From NCBI GenBank assembly GCA_963713615.1, contig CAVQMM010000001.1:2848001-2912000 (forward strand): DNA of 64,000 bases, in the 5' to 3' direction. The stretch is from an uncultured Chlamydiae bacterium. GTDB taxonomy: Bacteria > Chlamydiota > Chlamydiia > Chlamydiales > JAJFMA01. Shown here piece by piece: positions 27,048 through 38,138 of the stretch. Both the position numbers and the translations under genes were made by a program. The notes beneath the pieces are model-generated. The model searched no databases, was not told where the DNA came from, and saw only the letters and a list, made by a program, of their open reading frames with translations. Numbering within the stretch: position 1 is the first letter of the stretch; each line of letters opens with the position of its first letter.

Positions 27048-28448
27048 ATGACCGACTCTTACAACAGTCCGTGGAATAGTCGATATTCTAGTCCGGAGAT
27101 GTTACATATCTTCTCAGACCGCTATAAATATGGCTTGTGGCGTAGGCTTTGGGTGGCTTTAGCGGAGTCGCAGCAAGCCCTGGGTTTGCCGATTACTGCC
27201 TCTCAGATAGCTCAAATGCGCGCTCACCTCGATGATATTGATTTTATGGAAGTACAGCGTCAGGAAAAACGCTGTGGTCATGATGTCATGGCTCATGTTT
27301 ATGCCTTTGGTAAGCAATGTCCGGAAGCCCAGGGAATTATTCACCTAGGAGCTACATCTTGCTATGTCACGGATAATGGTGATGTGATCCAATATCGCGA
27401 AGCCATGCGCCTCGTTAAAGAGAAGCTTTTAAAGGCTATTTCTCAGCTAGCATCCTTCGCGCATGCTCATTGTACCACTCCCTGTTTAGGTCTTACCCAT
27501 TTACAGCCTGCCCAAGTGACTACAGTGGGAAAGCGGGCATGCTTGTGGCTTCAGGATTTTGTTACAGACCACAATAACCTTGATGTATGTGTGAAGGAGA
27601 TTCGCTTGCTCGGAGTTAAAGGTGCTGTAGGAACGCAAGCATCTTTTCTAGCTCTCTTTGAGGGGTCTCATGAGAAAGTACAGGCTCTAGAAGCTGATGT
27701 GGCCAACCGCATGGGATTTTCTCAGTTGTTTACCATTAGCGGACAGACCTATCCTCGCAAACAGGATGTCGCTATTGCTCAGGTTCTATCCGGAATTGCT
27801 GTCAGCGCTCACAAGTTTGCCACCGATTTGCGACTGCTAGCGTCGCGCGGCGAATTGATGGAACCCTTCGCAGAGGAACAAATAGGGTCATCAGCAATGC
27901 CCTATAAACGCAATCCTGTGCTATCAGAACGCGTTTGTGCTTTGGCTCGTTATGCTATAAACCTGTCGCATAATGCCGAGTTTACAGCCGCCTTGCAGTG
28001 GCTTGAGCGTTCCTTGGATGATTCGGCAAATAGGCGTTTAACAATGCCCGAATTATTCCTTTGTCTAGATGCTATTCTAAACCTCTTATTGCATATCACC
28101 GATGATCTAAAGGTCGGTGAATCTGCCATCAATCGAGAATTAGCGGAGAATCTTCCTTTTATCGCCACTGAGAACATTTTGATGGAATCTGTACGTCGTG
28201 GTGGCGATCGGCAGCAGCTTCATGAGAGGTTGAGACAGCACAGCTTTGCTGCCTCTGAAGCCGTGCAACAGGGCAAGGGTAATGATCTCTTAATGCGTAT
28301 CGTTAGTGATACGGCCTTTGGCATAAAGGAAGAGGATATTGCTCAATATGCCGATCCAACACATTTCGTGGGGCGTGCCCCTGAGCAGGTACGTGAATTT
28401 CTAGCTATAGAAGTGCGTCCGTTGTTGACTCAACCATCCCATATGTAA
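27048..28448 (+). CDS. purB: Adenylosuccinate lyase
   Basis: SRYSS.EM, HDVMAHV, IHLGATS, THLQPAQ and the signature GSSAMPYKRNP. Confidence 0.97.
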   Translation: MTDSYNSPWNSRYSSPEMLHIFSDRYKYGLWRRLWVALAESQQALGLPITASQIAQMRAHLDDIDFMEVQRQEKRCGHDVMAHVYAFGKQCPEAQGIIHLGATSCYVTDNGDVIQYREAMRLVKEKLLKAISQLASFAHAHCTTPCLGLTHLQPAQVTTVGKRACLWLQDFVTDHNNLDVCVKEIRLLGVKGAVGTQASFLALFEGSHEKVQALEADVANRMGFSQLFTISGQTYPRKQDVAIAQVLSGIAVSAHKFATDLRLLASRGELMEPFAEEQIGSSAMPYKRNPVLSERVCALARYAINLSHNAEFTAALQWLERSLDDSANRRLTMPELFLCLDAILNLLLHITDDLKVGESAINRELAENLPFIATENILMESVRRGGDRQQLHERLRQHSFAASEAVQQGKGNDLLMRIVSDTAFGIKEEDIAQYADPTHFVGRAPEQVREFLAIEVRPLLTQPSHM

Positions 28449-28471
28449 AGCTGCGTTACAAACACGAACCA

Positions 28472-29120
28472 CAATAACACGCGCGCAGCGCTCGGGAGAG
28501 CGGTGGCTCGCCATCGCTCTGTGTTCCTTACTAACGTTGTGCACAACGTCTCTCCAATATCTCCTATACCTCTACCTAGACGAGCCATCATCTCATTAGG
28601 CCGAACGCTTCATCATTTGCTAAAGAATTTGGCTGGGAACTTCGAGCATGGGCAGTTTTTAGTAACCATTATCATTTTATTGGAGGGTTTCGCCCACAGA
28701 TCCAAAAAGCCTAATGCCATTTATAAGAAAGCTTCATGCACGACAGCCAAAGCCATCAATGAACAAGATGGTCAAATGGGCCGACAAGTATGGTATCAGC
28801 ACTGGGACAGCAAGTTATCTCATCAAACATCTTATCTTGCCCGTTTGAAATATGTACATCGCAATGCTGTACATCATGGCCTTGTAGATAATCCTCAGGA
28901 TTATGCTTGGTGCTCTGCAAATTGGTTCGAAAGATCTGCTACACCTTCGTTTGTAAAGTCGGTAAACCGATTTAAGATAGATTCCTTAGGAATTTATGAT
29001 GAATATTAATGATGCGAGATTTTTGAACGAGTTCTTGTAATGCAGCGTAACATAACGTTCGCAAGGAACACAGAGCGGTGGCGAGCCACCGCACTCCCGA
29101 GCGCTGCGCGCGTGTTATTG
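28472..29120 (+). mobile_element. Decayed REPtron: RAYT (TnpA-REP, HUH Y1) pseudogene between inverted REP arms
   Basis: ~65-bp inverted arms at 28472 and ending 29120, with GGAG-T-GCGGTGGC-TC-GCCACCGC hairpin. Pieces in three frames: GWELRAWAVFSNHYHF (HUH, 28631-28678), PKSLMPFIRKLH, and RQVWYQHWD...RLKYVHRNAVHHGLV...YAWCSA. Confidence 0.85.
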
Positions 29121-29182
29121 GGTAGTTTATGAGACTCTAGAATTCTCTAGAGAGGTGCGAGGGCTATTTGAGTGATCTGATG

Positions 29183-29217
29183 GCTAGTGTCTGTAAAGCT
29201 GCTTTACAGACACTAGC
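29183..29217. repeat. 35-bp palindrome containing TGTAAAGCTGCTTTACA; possible terminator
   Basis: GCTAGTGTC-TGTAAAGC-T-GCTTTACA-GACACTAGC. Confidence 0.75.
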
Positions 29218-29271
29218 GCAACCTTCCTATTACCCATCGGCGTGTGCTCGGAAGGATCCCTATGCACTTGC

Positions 29272-32004
29272 TTAGCCTCTTTGATAGAAACGCTTCATTA
29301 CACCACTGGCTGCCTGGATCATCGTGAATGTTTGTTTACAAACCGTCTGGCATTGTCTCTGCCTTTGCCTTTGGGCCTGTTTCTTTCCAGTTTTCTGCCA
29401 TTCGTTTTCAGCTGCAATAGGCTCTTGCAAAAGACATTTTATGAAGAAGTCACTATTTTTAGAGCCCGCTCCACGCTTGGTCTGCGCATTCAGGAGGTTA
29501 CTAAATGTATTGGTATGCAACGTTTCACCTAAATAACGGATTGCATTGTTTAATTTAGAGCTAGCCCACATAAAATCCTGCTCCGATGCAGTGAAGGGTT
29601 TTGACGTTAGTTTGCACTTCTCCGCGTAGTCCCATAAGCTATGTGATAGTTCCTTCGGTGGTGTCTTATCCAAATCAATAAAGCCGTTTTTATTAGCAAC
29701 TCCTATAGCGACTTGTAGACTTGCATGAGTCAGATACCGGTGGAGACCAAGAAAGAAACCCGAGGGATTGTTTGAATAGTTAGCTCTTTCAATACGAGCC
29801 AGCGCAAGCTCAAGGTAGCGCGTTGCGTTTAACATGTAACTTTCCCATACAACGCTCGTGTTAAATGGTTTTTTTGAGAGTCCTCGGATACCTTTCAACA
29901 TCTCCTTGATTTGCTTAACGGCTGTCTGTACTTCCTTAATCGTGCCGAGATTCACTTTTGCAGCTTCCATAGGCCGATTTAACGCTAGTATGGGCAAGTC
30001 TTGATTACAAGAAGGTCCATCTGTCCAATCCGATACAATATTGGAAAGCTGTTTCAAATGGTCTCCAACAAATTCATACACAGCTGTGCGTAGTTCTAGC
30101 GTTGGTCGATTGCTGTTGGTGATGCGAACCTCTTCAACCTGCTGTAATAATAACTCAATCGGGTTTTGATTGTATTTGAGAACAGCATCGTACGTGTTTC
30201 TGTCATGAATCTCCGCCCATTCGATTGCTTCTGTTAGCTTCAATAGTCTTTGCTTTAGCTCCAATGGTAGATGCAGGCGTCTAACCATCTTTGATTGATT
30301 ATGACTGGCAAGCCTGTATACATTATGTGTATGTGTTGGGTTAGCTTGCTCTAGACGCATGGTTGTCACGACTTGCTCGCTGATCAAACTCAGGTGGATG
30401 AGTAAACTGGACAGGTGTTCTGCGATCTGTTTTTTTGATATCGCAGATGACTGATCATCAATCTCCCGCCTGAGGACTTGTATTAGTCGGTTGACGCGAT
30501 TGGCGGCCTCTTGTGCGAAAACATTTTCAATTCCCCTTGCCAGGTGTTGAAATACTCGCGATAGGGAATCCATGAATTCCTGTCCACTTTGAAGAGTTTC
30601 GGAGTCTTCCGATTTTGCTTCTATCTCTATGTCTACACTATCGATGACTTCTTCAATGGTGATTGAACTGATTGGCGGTTGTTGTTTCAAGGAGTGAATA
30701 GTGACGGTCATTAGATCATTACTATTAGCTTGGGATTTCAGCTCTCTTAAGATTGGTCCCGTTGCTAAATTAAAAATCTGAAGTTCAGTGTCTTGTTGTT
30801 TGATTAGATTTTTAATTTCATTAGTTGTTTTGACAATGCGTTTAAAAAATTCAAATTCGATTGCTTTGCCAGGGTCTGAAATGTAGCTTCTCGCGTTGTC
30901 ATTTCTAATGTCTTCGATTGTTTTACTTTCGCAAAAACTACTGAATGCAATATCTAGTTCCGTTGTTTCATCTTTTATTGTATTTGCATAGCAGGAAAGA
31001 TAAGTTATTTTATTAGTCGCTTGTTCTATACTTAACTGGATGTCAGAAAGAAATTGTGATGTTGCTGTAATGCAAATAGCAAGATCACAAATCATTGGGT
31101 TCAGTTTTTCTATAGACCTTTCCTTTGCCTTTTGATTTCGTTCGTATTGGACGTTTTCAATTATATAATTTGATGGGATTTCGTTGTGTAGAGGACGCAA
31201 TTCGTCTTCAACAAAATCAAAGTAATTTTCAATTAAACCTCTACAATCATTTTCTAGATTGTCTAAAATGACATTGAGGCTGACTTGTGAATGTTTTGGC
31301 GCGCTATTTATTAAGTGCCTTGCCGCAAATACGAGTTCTGTAAAATTAGTCGCATAAGATTCTTTAAATTCCGCATATTCTGTATAGAACAATTTAATGG
31401 CATTTAGTAGATAAATGGCCTGAGTTTCAGTAGCTTTTAACAGCTCGATTTTAGTGCGCAAATCTCCCTGATTACTAAAATGATGATAGTTAAGATTGTA
31501 TAGAGGTAGGTGCCACCCATCGTTAAAAGCATCGGGCGCTCGCTTTTTGCGCTCATCTGCTGATAGAAGTCCAAGCTCCTCCGCAACAGTATTAAACAAA
31601 AGCCTAGTCGATTCACCACTTCTGCCAAACATAGGCTCAATTTCCAATAGGATTTTCTTATATTGGACTAAAGAGGCGTTGGGATTTTTTAAGTCATTAA
31701 AGAAGAGTAGTAGTTTGTTTCTTGTGTCTATGCGTTCGCTTTTTTTTAGGGCGATCACTGAGATGGCGCATGTAAATAGAAGCTCCTTAAGGTTATAGCC
31801 ATGAAGTGCGGGGTTAATGCGATCGGAGAAGGCCCCTACTATCTTACGACCAACGGCTCTAGCTGCAGCAAGTTTGCGCGTGGAACCGTCGTCTACTTCC
31901 ACTAACGTGATCGAACCAGTATCATTGACGGTAGTGGGGTCAAAAGTCTGCGAGACGGTATTGGGGTCAAAAGTTTGCAAGATTGTACTTAAGAGATTTT
32001 CCAT
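29272..32004 (-). CDS. Large AT-rich helical hypothetical protein (candidate secreted effector)
   Basis: ~910-aa ORF with no recognisable motif; N-terminal QTFDP.TV. duplication. Confidence 0.6.
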   Translation of the reverse strand: MENLLSTILQTFDPNTVSQTFDPTTVNDTGSITLVEVDDGSTRKLAAARAVGRKIVGAFSDRINPALHGYNLKELLFTCAISVIALKKSERIDTRNKLLLFFNDLKNPNASLVQYKKILLEIEPMFGRSGESTRLLFNTVAEELGLLSADERKKRAPDAFNDGWHLPLYNLNYHHFSNQGDLRTKIELLKATETQAIYLLNAIKLFYTEYAEFKESYATNFTELVFAARHLINSAPKHSQVSLNVILDNLENDCRGLIENYFDFVEDELRPLHNEIPSNYIIENVQYERNQKAKERSIEKLNPMICDLAICITATSQFLSDIQLSIEQATNKITYLSCYANTIKDETTELDIAFSSFCESKTIEDIRNDNARSYISDPGKAIEFEFFKRIVKTTNEIKNLIKQQDTELQIFNLATGPILRELKSQANSNDLMTVTIHSLKQQPPISSITIEEVIDSVDIEIEAKSEDSETLQSGQEFMDSLSRVFQHLARGIENVFAQEAANRVNRLIQVLRREIDDQSSAISKKQIAEHLSSLLIHLSLISEQVVTTMRLEQANPTHTHNVYRLASHNQSKMVRRLHLPLELKQRLLKLTEAIEWAEIHDRNTYDAVLKYNQNPIELLLQQVEEVRITNSNRPTLELRTAVYEFVGDHLKQLSNIVSDWTDGPSCNQDLPILALNRPMEAAKVNLGTIKEVQTAVKQIKEMLKGIRGLSKKPFNTSVVWESYMLNATRYLELALARIERANYSNNPSGFFLGLHRYLTHASLQVAIGVANKNGFIDLDKTPPKELSHSLWDYAEKCKLTSKPFTASEQDFMWASSKLNNAIRYLGETLHTNTFSNLLNAQTKRGAGSKNSDFFIKCLLQEPIAAENEWQKTGKKQAQRQRQRQCQTVCKQTFTMIQAASGVMKRFYQRG

Positions 32005-32278
32005 TTTATTCCTAGAATGCTGAAATTTTAATTTTCTTGGTCCCATTAAGGTTATATAGTAATTGAGTTTATAAAGTCAATGTAAATAGTGTTTTTAAAG
32101 ATACAGTTGGACTGTTTGTTGTGTCTTCAATTGCTAGTTAACTCTGAATAACTTGCAGTTGGTGGATTCTCTTTTTGTTGATAAAAATAGTTGATTTGTT
32201 TTATTGACATATAAATATGTATTATATAGAGTTTACCTCGTTATGGGTTTTTGTATAACTGTGAAAAGGTGTAAAGAT

Positions 32279-33619
32279 ATGGAACAATTAATAGTAAAAA
32301 ATAATGGAATGGTAAAAGCGATAGGGGCGGAAGTTGAGAGTCGCTGCGACCCTTATCAAAGCATAACGGATGGGTTTGCCGCCTTGGGAAACTGTTTCCG
32401 CTGTTTCTGGACAACCACAAGCTCTCTCTGCAACATATCTAAGGTTACAGGGGCCTATAAGGACACTCAGAGCTACATTAAAACGGGAAAGGTCTATAGG
32501 GATCTTTCAGATAGCATTCCTGCAGAGGCCGCGATTGTGGATGGGTATGGAGACTTTATCCTTTTTAGGACCGTCAACGGCAAGAGAGAGAATATCGATC
32601 TGGATACTTACCAGGTCGCACTTGAGATTTTTAAAGAGTGCCATCCGGCAAATCTTGATACCAACATAGCCGATAGAAGGGCTCATATCGTAAGAAGTCT
32701 AAGTGATTACGATGTTGAAGTTTGTTTTGTGCCTCGTACGCTTTACGAACTGACGTACGTCAAGGAGCTACTATCGCGGGACTGTCAGGACTATGCTAAC
32801 GACCCTAGCTACTACAAGAATTTCAATGAAGATGAACTATCAAATGCCGCTGCAAAAATTGATTTTTGTTTTGTTGATGGGGTATGGAACGGCTCTTACC
32901 TAACAGGCACAAGCAATGCAGGAATAAAACTGACTAATGAACAGTTTGATGAATGGACTAAGGACCGCATCCTACACATTGGTCATCGCGTCAATGAGGT
33001 CTTTTGTGAGCTATTAGATCGAGAAGGAATCGAAGGTGAGGTTCTTACGTATGGACAAATCAAAGAATTGGTAGCCAAGCAATCAGAAGCCATATTGAAA
33101 AGTCCACTTGAATCATATACTTATCATGTACGTTCAAATATTCAAAATGGCGTGTTTTCCAATGCCATCGCTCTCGAATGTTCAGTAGATAGTATAGGCA
33201 AGGTTATTTTGGTTCGTGGGGGGAACCTTAAGGCTGATCCGGTTTGTCTAAAGGGAGAATGTGTCAGCTTATCTTTTGGTACCAGCTTTTTAGCCGGTGT
33301 GGTTAATGACAGAGGAGCTACGGTTTCTGCATATATGGATCGAACAGGGTATGCCCTTGTGCTCGACTATAAGGAGACCTCCCAATTGTTTTATGTGCCG
33401 ATGCTAAGCACGATTGCAAGTCTCCTTGGGAAGGGAGAGTTCTTTCACGCGCGTTCTAATGCCTGGATAATGGACGAAGACAGGAAAGTTTTGGGGATGG
33501 CTGGAGCCAGTGTTAGGCTGATGAAGGATATACCACAATTGAAATCCAACCTGCAGCAGGCCGATTTTATCCGGTCCTTTAATGAGGTTAGGCAAAAAGC
33601 AGTGCTATTAAAAATCTAG
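32279..33619 (+). CDS. Hypothetical protein (candidate effector)
   Basis: Long ORF; possible promoter TTGACA-N17-TAGAGT at 32204-32232; hairpin terminator downstream. Confidence 0.65.
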   Translation: MEQLIVKNNGMVKAIGAEVESRCDPYQSITDGFAALGNCFRCFWTTTSSLCNISKVTGAYKDTQSYIKTGKVYRDLSDSIPAEAAIVDGYGDFILFRTVNGKRENIDLDTYQVALEIFKECHPANLDTNIADRRAHIVRSLSDYDVEVCFVPRTLYELTYVKELLSRDCQDYANDPSYYKNFNEDELSNAAAKIDFCFVDGVWNGSYLTGTSNAGIKLTNEQFDEWTKDRILHIGHRVNEVFCELLDREGIEGEVLTYGQIKELVAKQSEAILKSPLESYTYHVRSNIQNGVFSNAIALECSVDSIGKVILVRGGNLKADPVCLKGECVSLSFGTSFLAGVVNDRGATVSAYMDRTGYALVLDYKETSQLFYVPMLSTIASLLGKGEFFHARSNAWIMDEDRKVLGMAGASVRLMKDIPQLKSNLQQADFIRSFNEVRQKAVLLKI

Positions 33620-33629
33620 CATGGTGAAG

Positions 33630-33658
33630 GAAGTAAGGAATACAGCGTATTCCTTACT
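33630..33658. terminator. Hairpin between convergent genes; group IIC intron target
   Basis: GAAGTAAGGAATAC-AGC-GTATTCCTTACT, with the stem completed by TC at 41736 once the intron is removed. Confidence 0.75.
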
Positions 33659-33891
33659 GTGCGACCGGTATGTCGTTAAAACTAGAAGGTGAAAGTCCTT
33701 TACGGGCTCTAGCAAGGAGAACCGTTAGAGAAGGCAAGGGTGTCCATCGCGAGATGGAATCTGAAGAAAGCCGTATACAAAATGCTGACCTGACGAACAG
33801 GAAGTGCATAAGAGGCAGAGGGCTCCTAGGATGAGGGTGCGGTATAACCACCGGAGAGATCGCAATGGTGATGCAGATAACATGGCCTAAA

Positions 33892-35808
33892 ATCAACCAT
33901 GACATTCTGATGTCAAAGGTAGCAAGACGAGTAAAGGACAAGAAAATCCTCCTACTGATCAGAAGATATCTGCAAGCAGGAGTGATGGAAAATGGCCTTA
34001 TAAGCCCGACTGAGGAGGGAACTCCGCAAGGGGGACCCCTATCTCCGCTACTTTCGAATATTATGTTAGACGACTTTGATAAGGAATTGGAAAGAAGAGG
34101 ACTACGGTTTTCCAGATACGCGGACAGGGAAATTGCATGAAGAATTTAGTTTACGCCAAGCAACCCCAATAAGTAGCCACGGTTCCACCCTGCTTTCGAA
34201 CGGCGATTTTTAATCCCTGCCTTTGTCTTTTTATCTGCCTTTAAAATATTTAGCGTGGCCCGTCGAAGCACGGAAAAATTTTCCGCCCCATTATCTTTTC
34301 TTACTTTGCATCCATCCTCTGCATAGGATACATCTAGCTGCCAGTGCAACTGGTTCTCAATTGTCCAATGAGAGCGTATCGCATGGGCCATTTTCCTCGC
34401 ATCGGACGAGAGGCTGGATATGTAAAACCGTGTTTCTGTTGAAGTTACACCCTTAATTGTTCTTGTACTCCTAACTGCGGCAAGACTCCTTAAACCTGTC
34501 CATTCTGTTTTTTGTGGTAGCCACTCAAGATCTTCACATACCCAAACTTCTCGTTTCTCAACTCGTCCTCGCGACTTTTCTTCGCTCACAAAAAAGTCAC
34601 AACCACTGGCTTCCGGTAGACCTTCAACCACTTGCTCAAAAAAGTTTTGAGCCTCAGCATGTAGATGTCCTTGATTCCCTTTTAGACCTATCACGTAGTC
34701 TCCTCCTTGCTCCACGATCTGCTTAACAAGTGGCCTATGACATCCTCCGGCATCCACTGTAATTGTAGCACCCCTAATATCGAGCATGGCAAGAAGCAAG
34801 GGAAAAGCAGTGATTTCATTGGATTTTAGCTCTGTTGCAAGCTGCCCTAGAACAAGTTGATTTTCCGCTGAAAATGCACTCACGATATGAATGGCTCTTA
34901 CATCATTTGTCGTATCGGAAGAGTTGCATAAGGTTTTGCCGTCCAAAGCGATGATGCCACCTATCGTTTTGGCAATATGCTGAGTCCAGTTAATAAAACA
35001 CCGCTCAAACGCCTGTGGGTTGACAAAGCGGAAAAAGCGCGAGAAAGTGTCATGCGAAGGGACACCATCAGAACACATTTGAAGCTCGTGTAACCATTCA
35101 AGATTAGACTCAGACCATAAGCTAACCTCTACCCAATCATCAGCCCCGCAAAGTATAGCGAGGATGGCGATCGATACGATCTCGGAGACACTGTAGGCCT
35201 GGTTTCTTGCCTTACGAGGATCTGGTAGGATTGAAAACGCGAGCATGATAGAAGTTTCTCTGACTGCATGTTGTTGTGACATTATACATCTCCCTGATGA
35301 AAAGGAGAAGTAGTCGCAACAATTTGAAAAATAGTCAAATCATTTCTTCATGCAATTTCCCTGGATACGCGGATGACTGCAATGTCTATGTTAAATCAGA
35401 GAAGGCAGGAAAACGAGTGATGGAATCTGTAGTGAAATTTCTAACCAGCAAACTATAGTAAACGAGCAGAAGAGTGCCGTTGCCCATCCATGGGAACGGA
35501 AATTCTTGGGGTTTACCTTTACCACAGGAAGGCAACCGGGAAGAATTACCGTTCACCCAAGCAGAGTGAAACGTTTAAAAGATAAGGTGAGGAGTTTGAC
35601 CAGGAAAATGAGAGGCATGAATATATCGGAAAGCATCCGAAAACTAATCATGCCAATCACGAGAGGCTGGGCAAACTACTTTAGCATATCAGAAGAGCGA
35701 AGCGTATTTCAGAGTTTGGATGGATGGATCAGACGGAAAATCAGAGATATCCAATGGAGACAATGGAAAACCCCTCGAACCCGACATAAACGTCTGGTTG
35801 CTTTGGGG
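33892..35808 (+). pseudogene. ltrA: Group II intron reverse transcriptase/maturase remnant
   Basis: INHDIL...GTPQGGPLSPLLSNIMLD...RYAD|ISAs1|DCNVY...FLGFTF...RGWANYF...WIRRKIR; N-terminal RT domains deleted; frameshift near 35455. Confidence 0.9.
34125..35363 (-). mobile_element. ISAs1-family IS, copy 2 (transposase 34146-35282)
   Basis: Same TIRs and identical protein as copy 1; TSD GATACGCGGA at 34115-24 and 35364-73. Confidence 0.95.
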
Positions 35809-36093
35809 GGAGCAGTGGGCAAAAACAATCCAGGAGTGGACTAAAAGCGGAAAGAGCGCCTCCTCTTGGTGTCGAGAGCAAAGTCTTTCTTATGCCACGT
35901 TCAATTATTGGAAAAAACGATTTTTAAGCAATCAGTCGAAAAATCAGCCTGTGCATAAACCATGTAAGGAGTTACCAGAGGGCTGGTCTATACCCGATTG
36001 GCTGCAGATGAATTTTCGAGGAGGCAAACTATCTCTGGCAAAAGATTATGACCGCACAGCTCTTCTGATGTGTCTTAGACTGTTTGAGGAGTC

Positions 36094-36432
36094 TTGATGC
36101 TGACTTATCCAGGGAATGCGCGAATCTTCATTTTTCGTGAGACAACCGATTTAAGAAAGGGTTTTGAAGGCCTCTGCGCCTTAGTTGAGAGAGCTTTCGG
36201 CAGTGATGAGCTGATTAGTGGCGCCTTCTTTTCCTTTCTTAACCGTCGAAGAGATCGCATTAAAATACTCTATTGGGATAGTGATGGTTTTGCCATCTGG
36301 TATAAACGTCTTGAGCGGGGAAGCTTCCCTAAGAGAAAATTGGAAGAGGCCTTAGTTGATCGAAGGACCTTTTTGATGATGTTGGAAGGCGTCGTTCCGA
36401 AACGACTGCAAAAGCGTTTCAAGATAGTGTGA
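36094..36432 (+). CDS. tnpB: IS66 accessory protein TnpB
   Basis: DLRKGFEGL, NRRRDRIKILYWD and WYKRLERG. Confidence 0.93.
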   Translation: MMLTYPGNARIFIFRETTDLRKGFEGLCALVERAFGSDELISGAFFSFLNRRRDRIKILYWDSDGFAIWYKRLERGSFPKRKLEEALVDRRTFLMMLEGVVPKRLQKRFKIV

Positions 36433-36480
36433 AAATGCATTTTTTGCATTCACATAAATTCATATTTTGAGTACAATGAT

Positions 36481-38010
36481 GTGCATATGGCACCTACAAC
36501 ACGTACTCTCCAAGATCTGATTGCCGAAAGCGCTCGTAAGGACAGCATAATCGAGCAGCTACAGAATGAGCTGACTTATCTCAAGGAGCAATTGGATTGG
36601 CTAAAAAGGCAGGTTTTTGGACAACGTGCCGAAAAATTTGTAGACCCAGTCAACGAAAGTCAACCCTTCTTACCCGGTTTTGAACCACCTAAGAATGTGA
36701 AACCGGAAAAGAAAACAACCATTCCTGCTCATGAGCGCCGACAACTCAAGCGTACTGGTAAAGACAAAATCACACTGCCCCCAGACCTACCCGTAGAACG
36801 TCAAATAATCGATCTACCGGAATCTGAAAAGATCTGTCCTGAGACTGGTCAGCAACTGATCAAGATCGGTGAAGAAGTCAGTCAAAAACTGGCTCATAAG
36901 CCAGGAAGCTATTTTATCAAAGAAATCATCCGGCCAAAATATGCTCTTCCTCAAGACAGTGAAGGTGGAATCCGAACTGCTCCCCTTCCAGAAGGTTTGC
37001 TTACGCGTTGTCAAGCAGATGAGAGCTTTTTAGCAGACATTTTAACAAAGAAATTTGCCGACCATCTACCGCTCTATAGAATTTCAGAAATTCTTGCTAG
37101 GGAAGGAATTGGGATCAGCAGGCAAGTCCTTTGTAATTGGGTTGTACGCTGTGGACAGGCATTAAAACCTCTTCATGAGGAACTAACAAAGCAAATTTTG
37201 CAAAGCGGAAATGTGTTTATCGATGAAAGTCCTGTGGATATGCTTTCTCCGGGAAAGGGCAAAGTCCATCAAGCTTACATGTGGGTGTTGGTTGGGGGCA
37301 AACATACGAACCCAGCCTATAGAGTCTACAATTTTCGGACGAACCGCAAACATGAAAATGCCTCGGAAATACTTGCAGGGTATACCGGAGTGGTACATTC
37401 AGATAAATATGGGGCTTATATTGATCTGGCAAATAAGAAGAAAATCATTTTATGTCCCTGCTGGTCGCATATTCGCAGAAAATTCATAGAGGCGGAAACT
37501 GGAGATCCCCCATTTCGCAAATGGGTTTTACGAAAGATTCGCTACCTCTTTATGCTAGAAAGAATTGCTTGGGCACGCTCTGAAGAAGAGCGATTACGCA
37601 TACGGCAGCTGAAAGAGGGGCCGATTATAGACGAGCTAATCAACGCCATCAAAAAACGTCTATCCGAAGGAAAAGTCCTGCCTAAATCCAAATTTCGAGA
37701 AGCTCTAGGGTATTTTTTAGGTCTGATTCCTCATCTAAAAAACTACTTAAACCATCCATACGCACGCCTAGATAACAATGTAGCCGAACGTGCAGTTCGT
37801 CCATTGGCAATTGGCCGCAAGAATTGGCTATTTATTGGCAATGAAGAAGGGGGCGAAGCCGCAGCGGTAATACTGTCTTTAGTTCAAACCTGCCGGAATC
37901 TGGGAATAAACCCTCGAGACTATCTTGAAGATGTCATGCGTAGACTAATGAGTCACAGCTCACAAAAACTTTACGAACTACTACCAGATCAATGTAAGCG
38001 TCAATGCTAG
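36481..38010 (+). pseudogene. tnpC: IS66 TnpC with C-terminal tail replaced by the nested insertion
   Basis: Identical to 38486-40066 up to LLPDQ, then reads into the TIR. Confidence 0.85.
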
Positions 38011-38138
38011 CCATATTTCTATCATTGAGGTAATCGGCTAATGTGCCTTCCAAGTCAACAGTCAAAAGTGGGCGTGTATTAGGCCTATCTATCTTTCGAG
38101 ACGCCTAAAAGCACTTTTTTTAAAAGTATGGAAGGCTT

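Noticed and set aside
28503..29009. Intact 168-aa CDS or IS200/IS605 element with TnpB
   Set aside because: The ORF N-terminus is translated REP arm, the HUH motif is in another frame, and there is no tnpB.
33865..35844. Retron, DGR or defence-associated reverse transcriptase
   Set aside because: GTPQGG/YADD, a maturase domain, the GTGCG start and domains V/VI identify a group II intron; no msr-msd or TR/VR pair was seen.
35720..36097. 125-aa novel fusion protein
   Set aside because: It is chance read-through from an off-frame intron segment into a 5'-truncated IS66 tnpA at the deletion junction (35809).
36094..36432. TnpB as an RNA-guided nuclease
   Set aside because: This is the 112-aa IS66 accessory TnpB, unrelated to IS605 TnpB/Cas12; it has no RuvC motifs.
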